Translations under genes and position numbers: made by a program
Notes under the pieces: model-generated
Seen by the model: the letters and a program-made list of their open reading frames with translations, nothing else
Databases searched by the model: none
What the model was told of the DNA's origin: nothing
Shown: positions 39,641 through 57,751 of the stretch, in pieces
Numbering within the stretch: the stretch's first letter is position 1
How the letters are laid out: the number at the start of each line of letters is the position of its first letter
DNA from: the human T2T-CHM13v2.0 reference genome, Homo sapiens
Length of the DNA stretch: 64,000 bases
Assembly: GCF_009914755.1 (NCBI RefSeq)
Contig: NC_060931.1
Direction: 5' to 3' (one strand)

Positions 39641-40135
39641 TGATCCGCCTGCCTCAGCCTCCCAAAGTGCTGGGATTACAGGCGTGAGCCACCACGCCCA
39701 GCCCATACACCCCCTCATTCTTGACTGTGCTGCTCTAGTGGACGAAACAGCCCCAAAGCATTGCTCAGTTGGGAGGGGGTGGAGGGAGTCCAGCCTGGGT
39801 GTGTGCAAAGGAGTCACCCAGGAAATTCGCCGCGGGATCTGCCCTTACAGATGCACTCGCCTGGGGCCAAGCCCTCGGTGGCTGGGGCAGGTTACCCAGA
39901 GGCCCAGGGGCCAAATGCAGGAGCAAGTTCCCATCAGGAAAGGGGAAGAGTGAAGCAGAGATCCAGCTCCTGCATGCAGGGGAGTGGGCACGGGCAACCC
40001 CTTACCCCAGGGTCGTTCCCCAGCCTCACCTCTAAGGCAATGAAGGAGGGTAGAGTCTGAGGGCGCCCCTGACACCTCCACCTGTCCCCATCCCCTATCA
40101 GCGTTCCACATTCCAGTGCAGGCCCAAAATTCTAA

Positions 40136-40393
<258 letters not shown>

Positions 40394-42077
40394 TGAATTC
40401 CTGGCCTCAAGCGATCCTCTTGCCTCCACCTCCCAAAGTGCTGGGATTATAGGCGTGAGCCACCGCACCGGGCCTTGATTTCACATTTGAACTCTCCCAC
40501 ATTAAAAAAAAAATTATTAAAAAAAAAATAGGCCCGGCATGGTAGCTCATACTTGTAATCCCAGCACCTTAGGAGGCCAAGGTAGGAGAATTGTCTGAGC
40601 CCAGGAGTTCAAGACCAGCCTGGGGAACATGGTAAAACCCCAACAGGATGGATTTGATTCCTATACAAATTGAAGCTGCCCTGCCAAGGAGGGCCTGCCT
40701 GGAGGGGATGAGACCTTCGTCCTGAGGCCTCAGAGTCAGGGGATCAGGAGTCGGGGAGCTAGAATAGAAGCACACAGCCTGGGCACGGTGGCTCACGCCT
40801 GTAATCCCAGCACTTTGGGAGGCCGAGGCGGGTGGATCACCTGAGGTTAGGAGTTCGAGACCAGCCTGGCCAACATGGTGAAACCCTGACTCTACTGAAA
40901 ATATAAAAATTAGCCAGGCATGGTGGTGTACCCCTGTAGTCCCAGGGAGGACTGAGGCAGGAGAATCACTTGAACACGGGAGGCGGAGGTTGCAGTGAGC
41001 CAAGATTGCGCCATTGCACTCCAGCAGCCGGGATGACAGAGCAAGACTCTGTCTCAAAAAAAAAGAAAAAGAGGACAAGACATGGCGGTCAGCGTGCAGA
41101 GGAGGTGCGACTGGAGAAAGACTGGGGGTCACGTGGGCAGGACCTGGGTGGGCTGGGTGGGAGGGGGGCTGGATGTGGTGCTGTGCACCAGGGAGGGGAC
41201 ACAGAAGCAGGGGGCAGTCTGGGAGGAAGACTTGCAAGCACCATATGGGGACACAGTAGACACCCAGAGTGTCCAGGCACCCTGCAGGCAGAGCTGGTGT
41301 GCAGGGCAGAGAAGGGTGCCCAAGACATTGCTGGGAGCAGAGAAGTCACACCTTCCTCAAGGCCGGCTGGAGGACGCAACGGCTCTTTGTGTTCCAAGAA
41401 GCAGCTCTTACCAGGGGGCTGCCTGCCTGGTCCCCAGAGTTTCTCCAGTCTCCTTACTATAGACCCCTCCCCTCCTGCCAGCCTCCCGCATCCCCACAGC
41501 TCAGCCAATCTGAAACAAATAAACAGCTTCCCTTCCTCCAATAAAAACCAGCCATCCTGCAATTGTCAGATGTGCCCTTCCAGTGCTTCCAAAGCAGAAC
41601 AGACCATCCGTGCCATGGGGACAGAGGCCACCACTGCCACCTCGCTGAGGCTTGCATCAAGTAGAGGGCACCTCAAAACATCCATTGAATTTCTGTGAAT
41701 AATAGGTTCACTATGTAATCAACACCTCACTAAGTCCCTAACATAAAATTCCCCATTTAATTCTCACAACCACCCAAGATGTTGATAGTGTTATCTTCAG
41801 TTATTTTTTGGTAGAGATGGGGTCTCACTATGCTGTCCAGGCTGATCTCAAACTCCTGAGCTCAGGCAATCCTCCCGCTTCGACCTGCCAAAGTGATGGG
41901 ATTACAAGTGTGAGCCACCATGCCTCACCTTATCCCTATTTTAAAGATGAAACCAGGCCACGGTGTGGTGGCTTACGCCTATAATTCTACCACTTTGGAA
42001 GGTCAAGGCAGGAGAATTGTCTGAGCTCAAGAGTTTGAGACTGGCCTGGGCAACATAGTAAGACCCTGTTGCTACTA

Positions 42078-42365
<288 letters not shown>

Positions 42366-42859
42366 TTAACAGTGGAAAGGAGTGGAGGGCATAGGCGGCG
42401 AGGAGTTCGGAGTGGGGGGGCCAAGGCTGACCCCCAAACTGCTGTTGTCCACTGTGTGACTTGGGGGCAGACAGCTCCTTCCTGTAGAGCTGCTATGAGG
42501 GTGAATGATGGGAACTCCCAGCGGAGGCCTCATGCATAGTGGGTGTTCAAGAAGGATCTGCCATGGCCGGGAGCAGCGGCTCACGCGTATGATCTCAGCC
42601 CTTTGGGAGGCCGAGGCAGGCGAATCACCTGAGGTCAGGAGTTTGAGACCAGCCTGGCCTACATGGTGAAACCCCATCTCTACTAAAAAATACAAAAATT
42701 AGCTGGGTGTGGTGGCACATGCCTGTAGTCCCAGCTACTCGGGAGGCTGAGGCAGGAGGATCACTTGAACCCAGGTGGCAGAGGCTATACTGAGCCGAGA
42801 TTGCACTGCACTCCAGCCTGGGCAATAGAGTAAGACTCCGTCTCAAAAAAAAAAAAAAT

Positions 42860-43055
42860 ATGGGAACATCAGACACTGGGGATTCCAATAGAGGGGAGGT
42901 TGGGAAGGGGAGGAAGGTTAAAAAAATTACTTATCGGGTACAATGTTCACTATTTGGGTAATGGGCGTACTAGAGGCCCAGTCCCTACCAGTATGCCATA
43001 TATCCATGTAACAAACATCCACATGTACCTCTTGAATCTAAAATAAAATAAAATC
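42860..43055 (+). mobile_element. L1 (L1PB-like) 3' end
   Basis: gggtacaatgttcactatttgggtaatggg...catgtaacaaac...tgaatctaaaataaaa, typical of an L1PB/L1MA 3'UTR. Confidence 0.7.
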
Positions 43056-43087
43056 TTAAACATTAATTTTTATTTTTATTTTTTTGA

Positions 43088-43198
<111 letters not shown>

Positions 43199-43369
43199 TA
43201 AGACCACAGGTGCACGCCACTAAGCCCAGCTACATTTTGTATATTTTGTAGAGATGAGGTTTCACCATGTTGCCCAGGCTGGTCTCCGACTTGTGAGCTC
43301 AACCAATCTACTCACCTCAGCCTCCCAAAGTGCTGGGATTACAGGCATGAGCCACCACACCTGGCCTCA

Positions 43370-44173
<804 letters not shown>

Positions 44174-44259
44174 TTAAGCAGAGATGCAGAGATCTAGCTC
44201 AGAGGTTGGAGTATGTTCAATGTGTTATGGTGAGGGCAAGCCTGAGAATATGGCACCTA

Positions 44260-44451
<192 letters not shown>

Positions 44452-44695
44452 TCAGTGGGGCTGAGGCAGGGAGGATTGCTGGAGCCTGAGAAATCGAGGC
44501 TGGAGTGAGCTGAGATTGCATCACTGCACTCCAGCTTGGGTGACACAGTGAGACCCTGTCTCAAGAATTTTTTTCAGGCCAGGTGCGGTGGCTCATGCCT
44601 GTAATCCTAGCACTTCGGGAAGCTGAGGCGGGTAGATCACAAGGTCAGGAGATCGAGACCATCCTGGCTCACACAGTGAAACTCTGTCTCTACTA

Positions 44696-44884
<189 letters not shown>

Positions 44885-45076
44885 TCAATTTAGCACCGTA
44901 GATGGCCCACAGGGACCTTGGACACCCAGAATCCCACTGGCCCAGAACGGATGCAACTGGGCTGGTTTCTCATACTGCAGATCTGTTATAAGAGAAAACC
45001 TTTCCAGCCGTGTGCAGGCTCAGAAGAGAGACCAATTAAACCTTTTACAAGGTGTTTTTTTGTTTTTTTTTTTTGA

Positions 45077-45438
<362 letters not shown>

Positions 45439-45485
45439 TGAGGACAGAAGGGGATCAGGACCAGCCCTCTCATCCTGCACACTGA

Positions 45486-46100
<615 letters not shown>

Positions 46101-46164
46101 TAAAGTACTTCCTGCTATTCTAAAAAAAGTTTATTCCCATCTCAATGATAAATGGCAGGGTCAT

Positions 46165-46620
46165 TTCATTCCTTATCTGTTGCTACATAACAAATTACCC
46201 CAGATCTTAGTGGCTTGAAACAACAACAAACTTTTATTATCTCTCACAGTTCCTATGGGTTAGGAATTTAGGTGTGGCTGAACTTGGCAGTTCAAGGCAT
46301 TGGCTGGGGCTGCAATCCATTGGAAGGCTTGCCTGGGGCGGAAGGATCTGTTTTCAAAGCCCCGAGCTGCCGGTTGGGGGTGGGATGCCTCAGTTCCTCT
46401 CCATATGGGCCTCTCCATGGGGCTGCTTGGGTGTCTTCAGGCCTTGGGGGTTGGTTTCCTACAGAGCAAGGGATCTGGGAGAGAGGGAGCACCACGCAGA
46501 AGCCATCCTTTCGTGCCCTAGCCTCGGAAGTCTCATGGTATTGCTTTTACCATCTCCTAGTGACTTAGAAGAAAGTAGCCAAGACAGACATTTAAAGGAG
46601 AGGGGGGTGGAGGGATCCCA
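46165..46620. mobile_element. MaLR (MLT1-like) LTR
   Basis: ttgctacataacaaattaccccagatcttagtggcttgaaacaacaacaaacttttattatctctcacagtt, typical of an MLT1 terminus. Confidence 0.6.
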
Positions 46621-48703
46621 GGTTTTTTTTTTTTTTTTTTGACATGGAGTCTGGCTCTGTCGCCCAGGCTGGAATGCAGTGGCGCGATCTCGGCTTCACG
46701 CCATTCTCCTGCCTCAGCCTCCTGAGTAGCTGGGAATACAGGCGCCCGCCACCACGCCTGGCTAATTTTTCTATTTTTAGTAGAGACGGGGTTTCACCGT
46801 GTTAGCCAGGATGGTCTCGATCTCCTGACCTTACAGGCGTGAGCCACTGCGCCCAGCCAATCCTAGCTTTTAAAACCACCAGCAGCTGGGAGCAGTGGCT
46901 CATGCCTGTAATCCCAGCACTTTGGGAAACCAAGACGGGAGGATCACTTAAGGTCAGGAGTTTGAGACCGGCATGGACAACAGAGTGAGACCCCCTCTGT
47001 ACAAAAAATCTAAAAACTACCACGGTTGGCCAGGCGCAGTGCTCATGCCTGTAATCCCAGCACGTTGGGAGGCCAAGGCGCGCAGATCACTTGAGGTCAG
47101 GAGTTCAAGACCAGCCTGTCCAACCTGGGAAAACCCATCTAAATTAAAAATACAAAAAATTAGCTGAGCATGGTGGTGGTACCTGTAACCCCAGCTACTC
47201 AGGAGGCTGAGGCAGGAGCATCACTTCAACCCAGGAGGCAGAGGTTGCAGTGAGCCGAGATCGTGCCACTGCACTCCATCCTGGGCAACAGAGTGTAACT
47301 CCATCTCCAAAAACAAAAGCAAAACAAAACAAAACAAAACTACCATGGTTACCTAAAATAGGGCATGTGTTGGGAAGGGAGTAGACAGAGCCAGAGTGGA
47401 TAGACAGAAGACATCTGATCAAGAAAGATTCAGGCCGGGAGTGGTGGCTCACGCCTGTAATCCCAGCACTTTGGAAGGCCAAGGTGGGTGGATCACCTGA
47501 GGTCAGGAGTTCGAGACCACCCTGGCCAACAAGGCAAAACCCCGTCTCTATTAAAATACACAAAATTAGCCAGGCATGGTGGTGCACGCCTGTAATCCCA
47601 GCTACTCAGGAGGCTGAGGCACAAGAGTCACTTGAACCCAGGAAGCAGAGGTTGCAGTGAGCTGAGATCACGCCATTGCATTCCCGCTTGGGTGACAGAG
47701 TGAGACCCTGTCTCAAAAAACAAACAAAACCAACAAGGCAGAGATGTGGCCAGGGCTTCTGAAGGAATGCATGAAGTCCACCCAGCACCCACTCCAGTTG
47801 TGTCCCTCCATCCTCCCAGACTACCCCCTGCCCCTGCACTCCCAGCCATGCCCCCTGTGTGGGGCTCTGGTCCTCTCACCCTCTACCTTTGCTGGAGAAC
47901 ATACAGGACTCACGTCTTTTCCTCCCATGGGACAGAAACTCCTTTCGCGCTTCCTATCAGGCCCTGCCTACCGCAGGTATACACTGCGGGGTTTCTCAGT
48001 GAACAGAGCATACCAATTTGCACCCGCCACAGGACAGTGGCTTGTTCCCTGCAGACAACTTACTCTTTCAGCCTCCAGGCGTTTGCTCCTCCAGCCCAGA
48101 GGGATGGGGCAGCAATGAGCATTTGAGCCGCCCTAGAAGCAGGAGGCAGGAGGCAGGAAGATATCTGGATAGTTCAGGAAAGAGATGAGGAAAAAGGAAA
48201 AAGGCATAGGAAAAAGATTTGGGAGCTAGGGTTGAGCCAGCCCCTTTCTCTGGGCAGCAGCAGACTATGGCTGTCCTGAGTGGGCACACGCAAGGCTCTG
48301 GGGCTCACCCCGTACCCTCTTCACCTATACCCCTCCCCTGATCCATCTGTAGCCACCCACTCCTGTTCCCTGCTTGCTCATCTTGCTTTAACCCCAGCAC
48401 CTCCTGACATTTTCTCATGCCAGCCATCACCCCATTCTTGGCTCAGATGGTGCTGCCTCCTCTAGGAAGCCTTACTGGCTTGCAGCTCTGTGGTCCTAGA
48501 GCATTTTGGCTGCCCCTGCCAGAGGCCTGACACCTAAATGACAGGTGAGGTCCTTGGCTTAATTCTGCGAGAGCAGTGACAGCATCTCCACTTTCCAGAA
48601 TCAGGATGCGATTATGTGTGTGTGTAGTCTTCTAAGCCTGGGCTTTTCTGGCTCTGCCCTCACAAACTGGTGCTGGCCAGTGGCCCCAGGGCCTTCCCAG
48701 TTA

Positions 48704-49013
<310 letters not shown>

Positions 49014-49274
49014 TCATCAAGCCCTCACAACCACTTACGTTACAGGCATGATCATCATCTCTGTTTTACAGGTAAGAAACATAGCACAGAGAGGTCAAGC
49101 AACTTGCCCAAGGTCACACAGCCAGGATGAGCAGTGCTGGGATTCCAGCCCAGGTGTCCCAGGGCTCTAACTCCCTTGGGATAGCCTGTCTTTCCCTAAA
49201 CTGCAATTAGACAGTGGCCTCAGCCCAATGTGTTGCGAGGAATGAGGGCTCTGCATGGACTTTTTGCAATTTTA

Positions 49275-49768
<494 letters not shown>

Positions 49769-50087
49769 TTACTGCATACTTGCCTGTGTAGTTTTTGCCA
49801 ATCCAATGGACTTTCTAGAATGGAATTTAAAGATAACAGCATTTCATGGGCAAAAAGGAGAGTGCTGCTTGGCTGAGCATGGTGGCTCACACCTGTAATC
49901 TCAGCACTTTGGGGAGGCCAAGGCAGGTGGAGCGTCTGAGGTCAGGAGTTCGAGACCAGCCTGGCCAACATGTTGAAACCCCATCTCTACTAAAAATACA
50001 AAAATTAGCCAGGCATGGTAGCTCACACCTGTAATCCTAGCACTTTGGGAGGCCGAGGTGAGAGGATTGCTTGAGGCCAGGAGTTCA

Positions 50088-50995
<908 letters not shown>

Positions 50996-51117
50996 TGGCT
51001 GGGCGCAGTGGTTCACGCCCGTTATCTCAGCACTCTCGGAGGCCAAGGAGGGAGGATTACCTGAGGTCAGGAGTTCGAGACCAGCCTGAGTAACACGGCT
51101 AAACCCCGTCTCTACTA

Positions 51118-51324
<207 letters not shown>

Positions 51325-51440
51325 TTACATTTCTTCTTCTTTTTTTATTATTTTTCAGAGACAGGGTCTCTGTCGCTCAGGCTGGAGTGCAGTGGCACCA
51401 TCATAGCTCACTGCAGCCTCAAATTCCCGGGCTCAAGTGA

Positions 51441-51788
<348 letters not shown>

Positions 51789-52906
51789 TGAAGGCTGGAG
51801 GCACGCTAGGGTGTGGCTGGAAGCTTCGAGGTGAGGCTGGAGAGACAAGGTGAGGTGGGCCACAGAGGGCCCTCAGCTAGGTCACAGAGCCTCAGGGTTA
51901 CCACAGAGGACAAGGGAAGCTCATCGGACAGACCTACCCAGGGTCTTGCCTTCTGGCTTTATGCTGAGAATAAGTAAGCACATTCCTCGCCTAGTCCAGC
52001 CACACCCAGATGCTCCTCCAAAGGTCCTGGGCAGAGGCCTGGTTCAGCAGACCCGGGACAGGGTCGCTGGGCTCTGCTTCTAGCAGGTGTGATCCTGCCT
52101 TCTACAACGACATATCTTCCAGCCCCAGGGCACTCCTATGAGACTCTGGCAAATACTTGGGTTGAAATCTGGGTCACTCTGATGGTCAGAAATCCATCAA
52201 ACAGACGTTTACTAAGTGCCTACAAAGCAGGGTGCTACACGCAGCGGAGACGGGACCTAGTTCAAATCCCAATTCTGTTTCTTTCCAGCTGTGCGACCTT
52301 GCCATTGTACTTCTCCAAAGCTAGTGTCTTCACCGCTCTGCAAAATATGGCAAAGTCAACGGTAGCTCTCATCACCACTGGTAGGTACTGTGGTGATGTG
52401 GTGGGAAGGGGTGGATCAAATCATGCACAAAAAACTTGAAGGTTGATAATCTAGGTAAGAGAAAAAGACAAGCCAATAACATGTTGTTATCGGCAAAAGT
52501 TGAGAAATACGCAAGGTGCCCGGAAGAAAGTATCTGAGATAGGCTCTAAGGCTCTAACGAAGTAGAATGTCTAAGCAGGTCGCGGTGGCTCTCGCCTGTA
52601 ATCCCAGCATTTTGGGAGGCCGAGGTGGGTGGATCACTTGAGGTCAGGAGTTCGACACCAGCCTGGCAAACATGGCGAAACCCAGTCTTTACTAAACATA
52701 CAAAAATTTACCGGGCGTGGTGGCGCACGCCTGTGATCCCAGCTTCTTGGGGTGGAGGTTGCAGGGAGCTGAGAACACACCACTGCACTCCAGCCTGGGT
52801 GACAGAGCAAGACTCCGTTTCAAAAAAAAAAGGAAGTAACCGTCTAGATGGGAGTGATAAGGACCAAGTATCCCTGGGAGAAGAAAACAGCTCTGGTAGC
52901 AGATCA

Positions 52907-53074
<168 letters not shown>

Positions 53075-53554
53075 CTAAGCCTTTCAGAACACTGTGCTGT
53101 AGACAGAAGGGCTGGACATAACCATTCAATGGGGGCATCTCTTGCAACCTGCAATAGCAAAATCTCAGAGCTTGTGCCAGAAAGGTGCAGATTGGCACAT
53201 TTAAATCCCGGATCTATCACTTCTTGCCTGACCTTGAGCAAGTCACTTAATCTTTGAACCCCAGCTTCCTGGTTTGCAAAGCAGGTTTAATACCTAATAC
53301 ACAGAACGTACCTGGGGGTCCTGGGGTCTAGATCCTCTCTTCCAACTAGTTAACTCCAAATGTGAGCCACTGGCTTTCCTACTTCAAAAGCCCTAAGGGC
53401 CAATGGCTCATGCCTGTAAGCTCATGCCTGTAACAGTTTAAATGTTATGTCCGCACGCACCTCTGACAGGCTGAGGTGGGAGGATCATGTGAGGCCAGGA
53501 GTTCAAGGCCAGCCCGGGCAACACAGTGAGACCCCCATCGCTACAAGAAATTTA

Positions 53555-53746
<192 letters not shown>

Positions 53747-54201
53747 CTACAGGTAGGCACCCGGCGTTCTAGGTACCCTGCTAGACCAGCCCTTCCCTGA
53801 CTCCACCCTGCTGTAGAATGATGGCCTCTTTCTTTCTCTTCCACCAGGCTCTAGGGCTTGGCAGAGGAAGGGGCAAGGTATCTCTGCATCCCTTGGACCC
53901 AGCCACACCCCAACACAGAGTGAATGTTTCCTAATGCCATTCCCTTTCCACAACTCCACTCCACGAGAGAGAAGTGACTTAAGCCTGCTAAGGAGCGGAG
54001 GGAAAAGTTCAGGAAGGTTTCAGCATGCTATCATTAGCGCTATCATTAGCTCTTGAGGACTGAATAGGAATTTACTAGGGGTGGGTGGGGGAGAATATTC
54101 CAGGCAAATGGAAGAGAGGTAGATACAAAGGCACAGAGGTATGTAGGGAACAATAAGGGAAATTGTGTATTTGCTGGGGGAGGGCTAAAGATGAGGATTC
54201 A

Positions 54202-54378
<177 letters not shown>

Positions 54379-54538
54379 TCAGGATCTAGATCCCAAAGGG
54401 CCTCGAATGCCATGTCAATGATTTGATGCTATAGAGTGACTGACAAAACTGTAAACGGGCCGGGCGCGGTGGCTCACGCCTGTAATCCCAGCACTTTGGG
54501 AGGTCGAGGCCAGTGGATCACCTGAGGTCGGGAGTTCA

Positions 54539-54721
<183 letters not shown>

Positions 54722-56373
54722 TCAGTCTCAAAAAAAAAAAAAAAAAAAAAAGTAAACAGGTGGCACAGGGACCCTCAGGGCATGCTGTGCTAGTCTGGGC
54801 TAAACTTAGGTTTTGGAGAGGGAGGTGACAGAGCTATGGGTCACCACCTAGGGGCAGGTATTGCAGGAACAATCTAAGGGGTTCTACCTGGATGGCTGAT
54901 TATTGAAAACAGTTTAAATGCTATGTCGGCAGGCTGCAACCCATTAACACTTGCTAAAAAGCCATTTCCCACAATCGTCCCACACCATCCACACAGCAGT
55001 TCTGTGTCCATGAGGGGGCCAAATAGTATTATCTCTATTTTACAGACGGACGAAGTGTGAGCCAGAGGAGACAGACTTCGCCTCAGCCAGGCAGGCAGGG
55101 GGCTGTGGTCACACATGACCTGAAGCCATGATCTGGGCTCAGAGTGCATGGGGTGGCAGGTCCTCAGGCATTTGACGAATGTTCCGCACCTTCTGAGGCC
55201 GGACCATGGAAACACAGCGATGGCCTTTGGCCTCTGAGTCATCTTGAAACTGGACTAGTCAGCTGGGTCACCTGGGCCTGGGACAGGACAGGCTGCTTTC
55301 TGCAGGAGGGAGGAAGGGGGACCCACTGAGGGACAGGTCTTCTTGTGTTCCCAGAGGCCAGCAGGGGGGCTTGACCCCAGAGACACGCCTATCCATGAGT
55401 ACCCAAAGGGGATCCTGAGTTGGGGGCTGGAAGAAGGCCAGTCTCTCCACCAAGGGAAAGGGGCTGAGGGACCCTGCCCTTTGCTGCCTTTCTAAGAAGC
55501 CCCCAAATGCCCCCCGCTTCCAGCACCCAGGCCCTGTGCACAGCCGCAGCCTGAGTCATCATTCTCATTTGAATGGTGGCCGAGAAATCAGCCAGGGGGC
55601 TGCCCAGGGCTGAGGGCCAAGGCTAGGAAAAACAAGGCTGTTCTGTTACCTCCAAGCTTTGGAACGTCAAGCCCGGCTAGGGAGTGGGGGGCAGAGGGCA
55701 GGCAGAAGCAGGATCTGAAGGTGTCAACAGCCAGAGGGGGCTTTGTGTGAGGGGTGGGGGCGCGGTTCAGAATCCGAGCTGTTGGCTTTTGTTTTCAAAT
55801 GACCTGTTTAATCATTACCCTTTGCAATCAACGGGGAGCACAGGCTCCGTGGCAGAGGCTTGGCGACTATTTCAAATCTCCATCCCCTACTGAGCAGCCG
55901 GAGACGAAAGTAAACAAGATGCCACCGGCAGGTCTGGCTCCATCTCGCAAACAATAGCCGGACTGAGCACCCGGCTCAGACACACACATCAAAGTGAGAT
56001 TTCCAAGCAAGAACTTTTCACAGGCAGATAACAGGCTGGAATTATTTCCCTGTGTCCCTAGAGCTCAGTGCCAAAGGGGGCAGCCTAAGGGGGCTGTCAT
56101 TTTCACGCTAACCTTGACCCGAAAAGTATTCATTCATTTTGCAGTGAGGGAGAGCCACCACCGCCCCAAACCGCGAAAAACCAACCAGTAACAACTTTAT
56201 CATTCCTTTTTAACAGTCACAATGGTGGGCAAATGAGACTTAAGTTACAGCAGCTAGCTGGCACTCACACTCCCCTCGGCTCAGGCTCCTTAAACAACAA
56301 CAACAAAACCCTAATGCAAGCACCCACCGGGGCTCACAATGTCAAACCCTCACCTGGCATAGGGAAAATCCAA

Positions 56374-56376
<3 letters not shown>

Positions 56377-56450
<74 letters not shown>

Positions 56451-56460
56451 TGTGTGTGTG
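56377..56460 (+). repeat. Compound (GA)n(GT)n microsatellite
   Basis: About 22 GA followed by about 20 GT with one interruption. Confidence 0.97.
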
Positions 56461-57211
56461 ATTCCCTCTTTTACCTTCCAAGGCCTTCAACTATTTTTCC
56501 CCCTGCAGCATCCAAGCCCAGCCTCAAGGCAGATGCATAAACATGCCTGCTCCTCCCCTTCTACGGTTGGGCAAAACACCCCCCCACCCCCTTTCCAGGA
56601 CCCCAAGGAGAAAGAATCACGTCCTCTGCAGCCCCTCCCTGGCCCTCGCCCACCCCCCGTTTCCCCCCCGCAATTCCAGGCCGTCCGCAGCAAGCCTCGT
56701 AGGCACCTTGAGATAAACACCCACTAATGATTTTATGATTTTCTGCTCTGGGTAACCGCGCTCAGCGGAATCCCTCCCCCCGCCGTGGCGACGGGGCCGG
56801 CCCAACCGAGGGATGGGGGGATGGGGGCGTTTGTTTTTTCCACGGCCTCGTCCCCACACCTGTTTTTCATTCATTCATTCGTTCGTTCCTTCATCCATTC
56901 ACGGATCCGTCACTGCAGCCGCCCCAGCCCCCCGGATTTCGGGGAGGGGGCTGCGATGGGGGAGGGGGTGGGAGATGGGGGGACGACAGAGGTGGGGGGT
57001 GGCGCACCGGGGGGTGGAAGGTTGCGAGGGGTCCGGGAGCCAGGACCCTGCGGCTCCGGCTTTGTCAGACGCGAGCGAAGCGGCGGCGGGGGCGGGGCGG
57101 GGGCGCTCCCGGGGCCCGAAGTTGTTTTCCGAGGCGCGGCGGCGAGGACAGCGGCCCGGGGTGCGCCCCCTTTGTCTGTCCCCGGCCGGCGCCGCGTCCC
57201 CGCGCGCTTAC

Positions 57212-57324
57212 CTGGTCTTGGAGGACAGGAAGGCAAGTTTGATCAGGCCGTAGGTGAACAGCGGGATACTCTCCTTGGCGACGCTGGCAACTTGCAGCCG
57301 GTGCTCCAGGATGTGGAGTTCCAT
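57212..57324 (-). pseudogene. CASTOR2/CASTOR3(GATS)-type exon 1, coding part (113 nt), used as first exon of the chimera
   Basis: ATG at 57324 in strong context (ACGATGG) encodes MELHILEHRLQVASVAKESIPLFTYGLIKLAFLSSKT(R), the CASTOR2 N-terminus. Donor AG|GTAAGC is phase 2. CASTOR exon 2 (CKFFSLTETPEDY) was not found downstream. Confidence 0.93.
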
Positions 57325-57652
57325 CGTCCGCCCGCGCCCCGTCCGCGGCGGCTCATCCGCGGGGGGACGAGCCGCGGCCCCCGCCCCCTCCGCGCCCTGC
57401 CGGCACCGACAGCCGGCCCGGAGACCCGGGAGCTCGGCGCCGGGCGCGGGGGGCGGCGGCGGCCGGGCCGGGCCGGACAAAAGGGAGGAGGCCCGCCAAG
57501 TTGCAAGGGGGAGCCGCGGGGCGAGGGAGGCAGCGCCGGCGGAGCAGCAGCCGAGGGGCCGAGCGGCGGAGCAGCGGCGCGCGGCGCCCGGCGCGGGGAG
57601 CAGCTGGTGTTCGCTGTAACAAACAACTTGCCACTCAAACGCCGGTCCCCGC

Positions 57653-57664
57653 TGCGCATGCGCG
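57653..57664. promoter_or_regulatory. NRF1 consensus site
   Basis: TGCGCATGCGCG matches YGCGCAYGCGCR exactly. Confidence 0.75.
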
Positions 57665-57674
57665 GCCCGCGCGC

Positions 57675-57694
57675 GGCCTGCCGGGACTTGTAGT
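57675..57694 (-). promoter_or_regulatory. ZNF143/THAP11 (ACTACA-SBS) motif
   Basis: Minus strand reads ACTACAAGTCCCGGCAGGCC, versus consensus ACTACAnnTCCCAnnnnnC. Confidence 0.65.
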
Positions 57695-57718
57695 CCGCCT
57701 GGGGGGGCTCCCCCGGTG

Positions 57719-57751
57719 CTGCTGCTGCTGCTGCTGTTGCTGCTGTTGCTG
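57719..57751 (-). repeat. Interrupted CAG repeat: CAG CAA (CAG)2 CAA (CAG)6
   Basis: 11 triplets read directly from the sequence. Confidence 0.95.

Noticed and set aside
40970-41698. 242-aa and 222-aa overlapping ORFs
   Set aside because: Partly Alu, the remainder GC-rich intron with no recognisable domain or splice support.
54027-54050. 12-bp tandem duplication gctatcattagc (and similar 8-12 bp duplications elsewhere)
   Set aside because: Ordinary slippage events with no linked structure.
55355-56086. CTCF-like motifs (ccagcaggggggc, gccaaagggggcag)
   Set aside because: Each deviates from the core spacing; not supportable without ChIP data.
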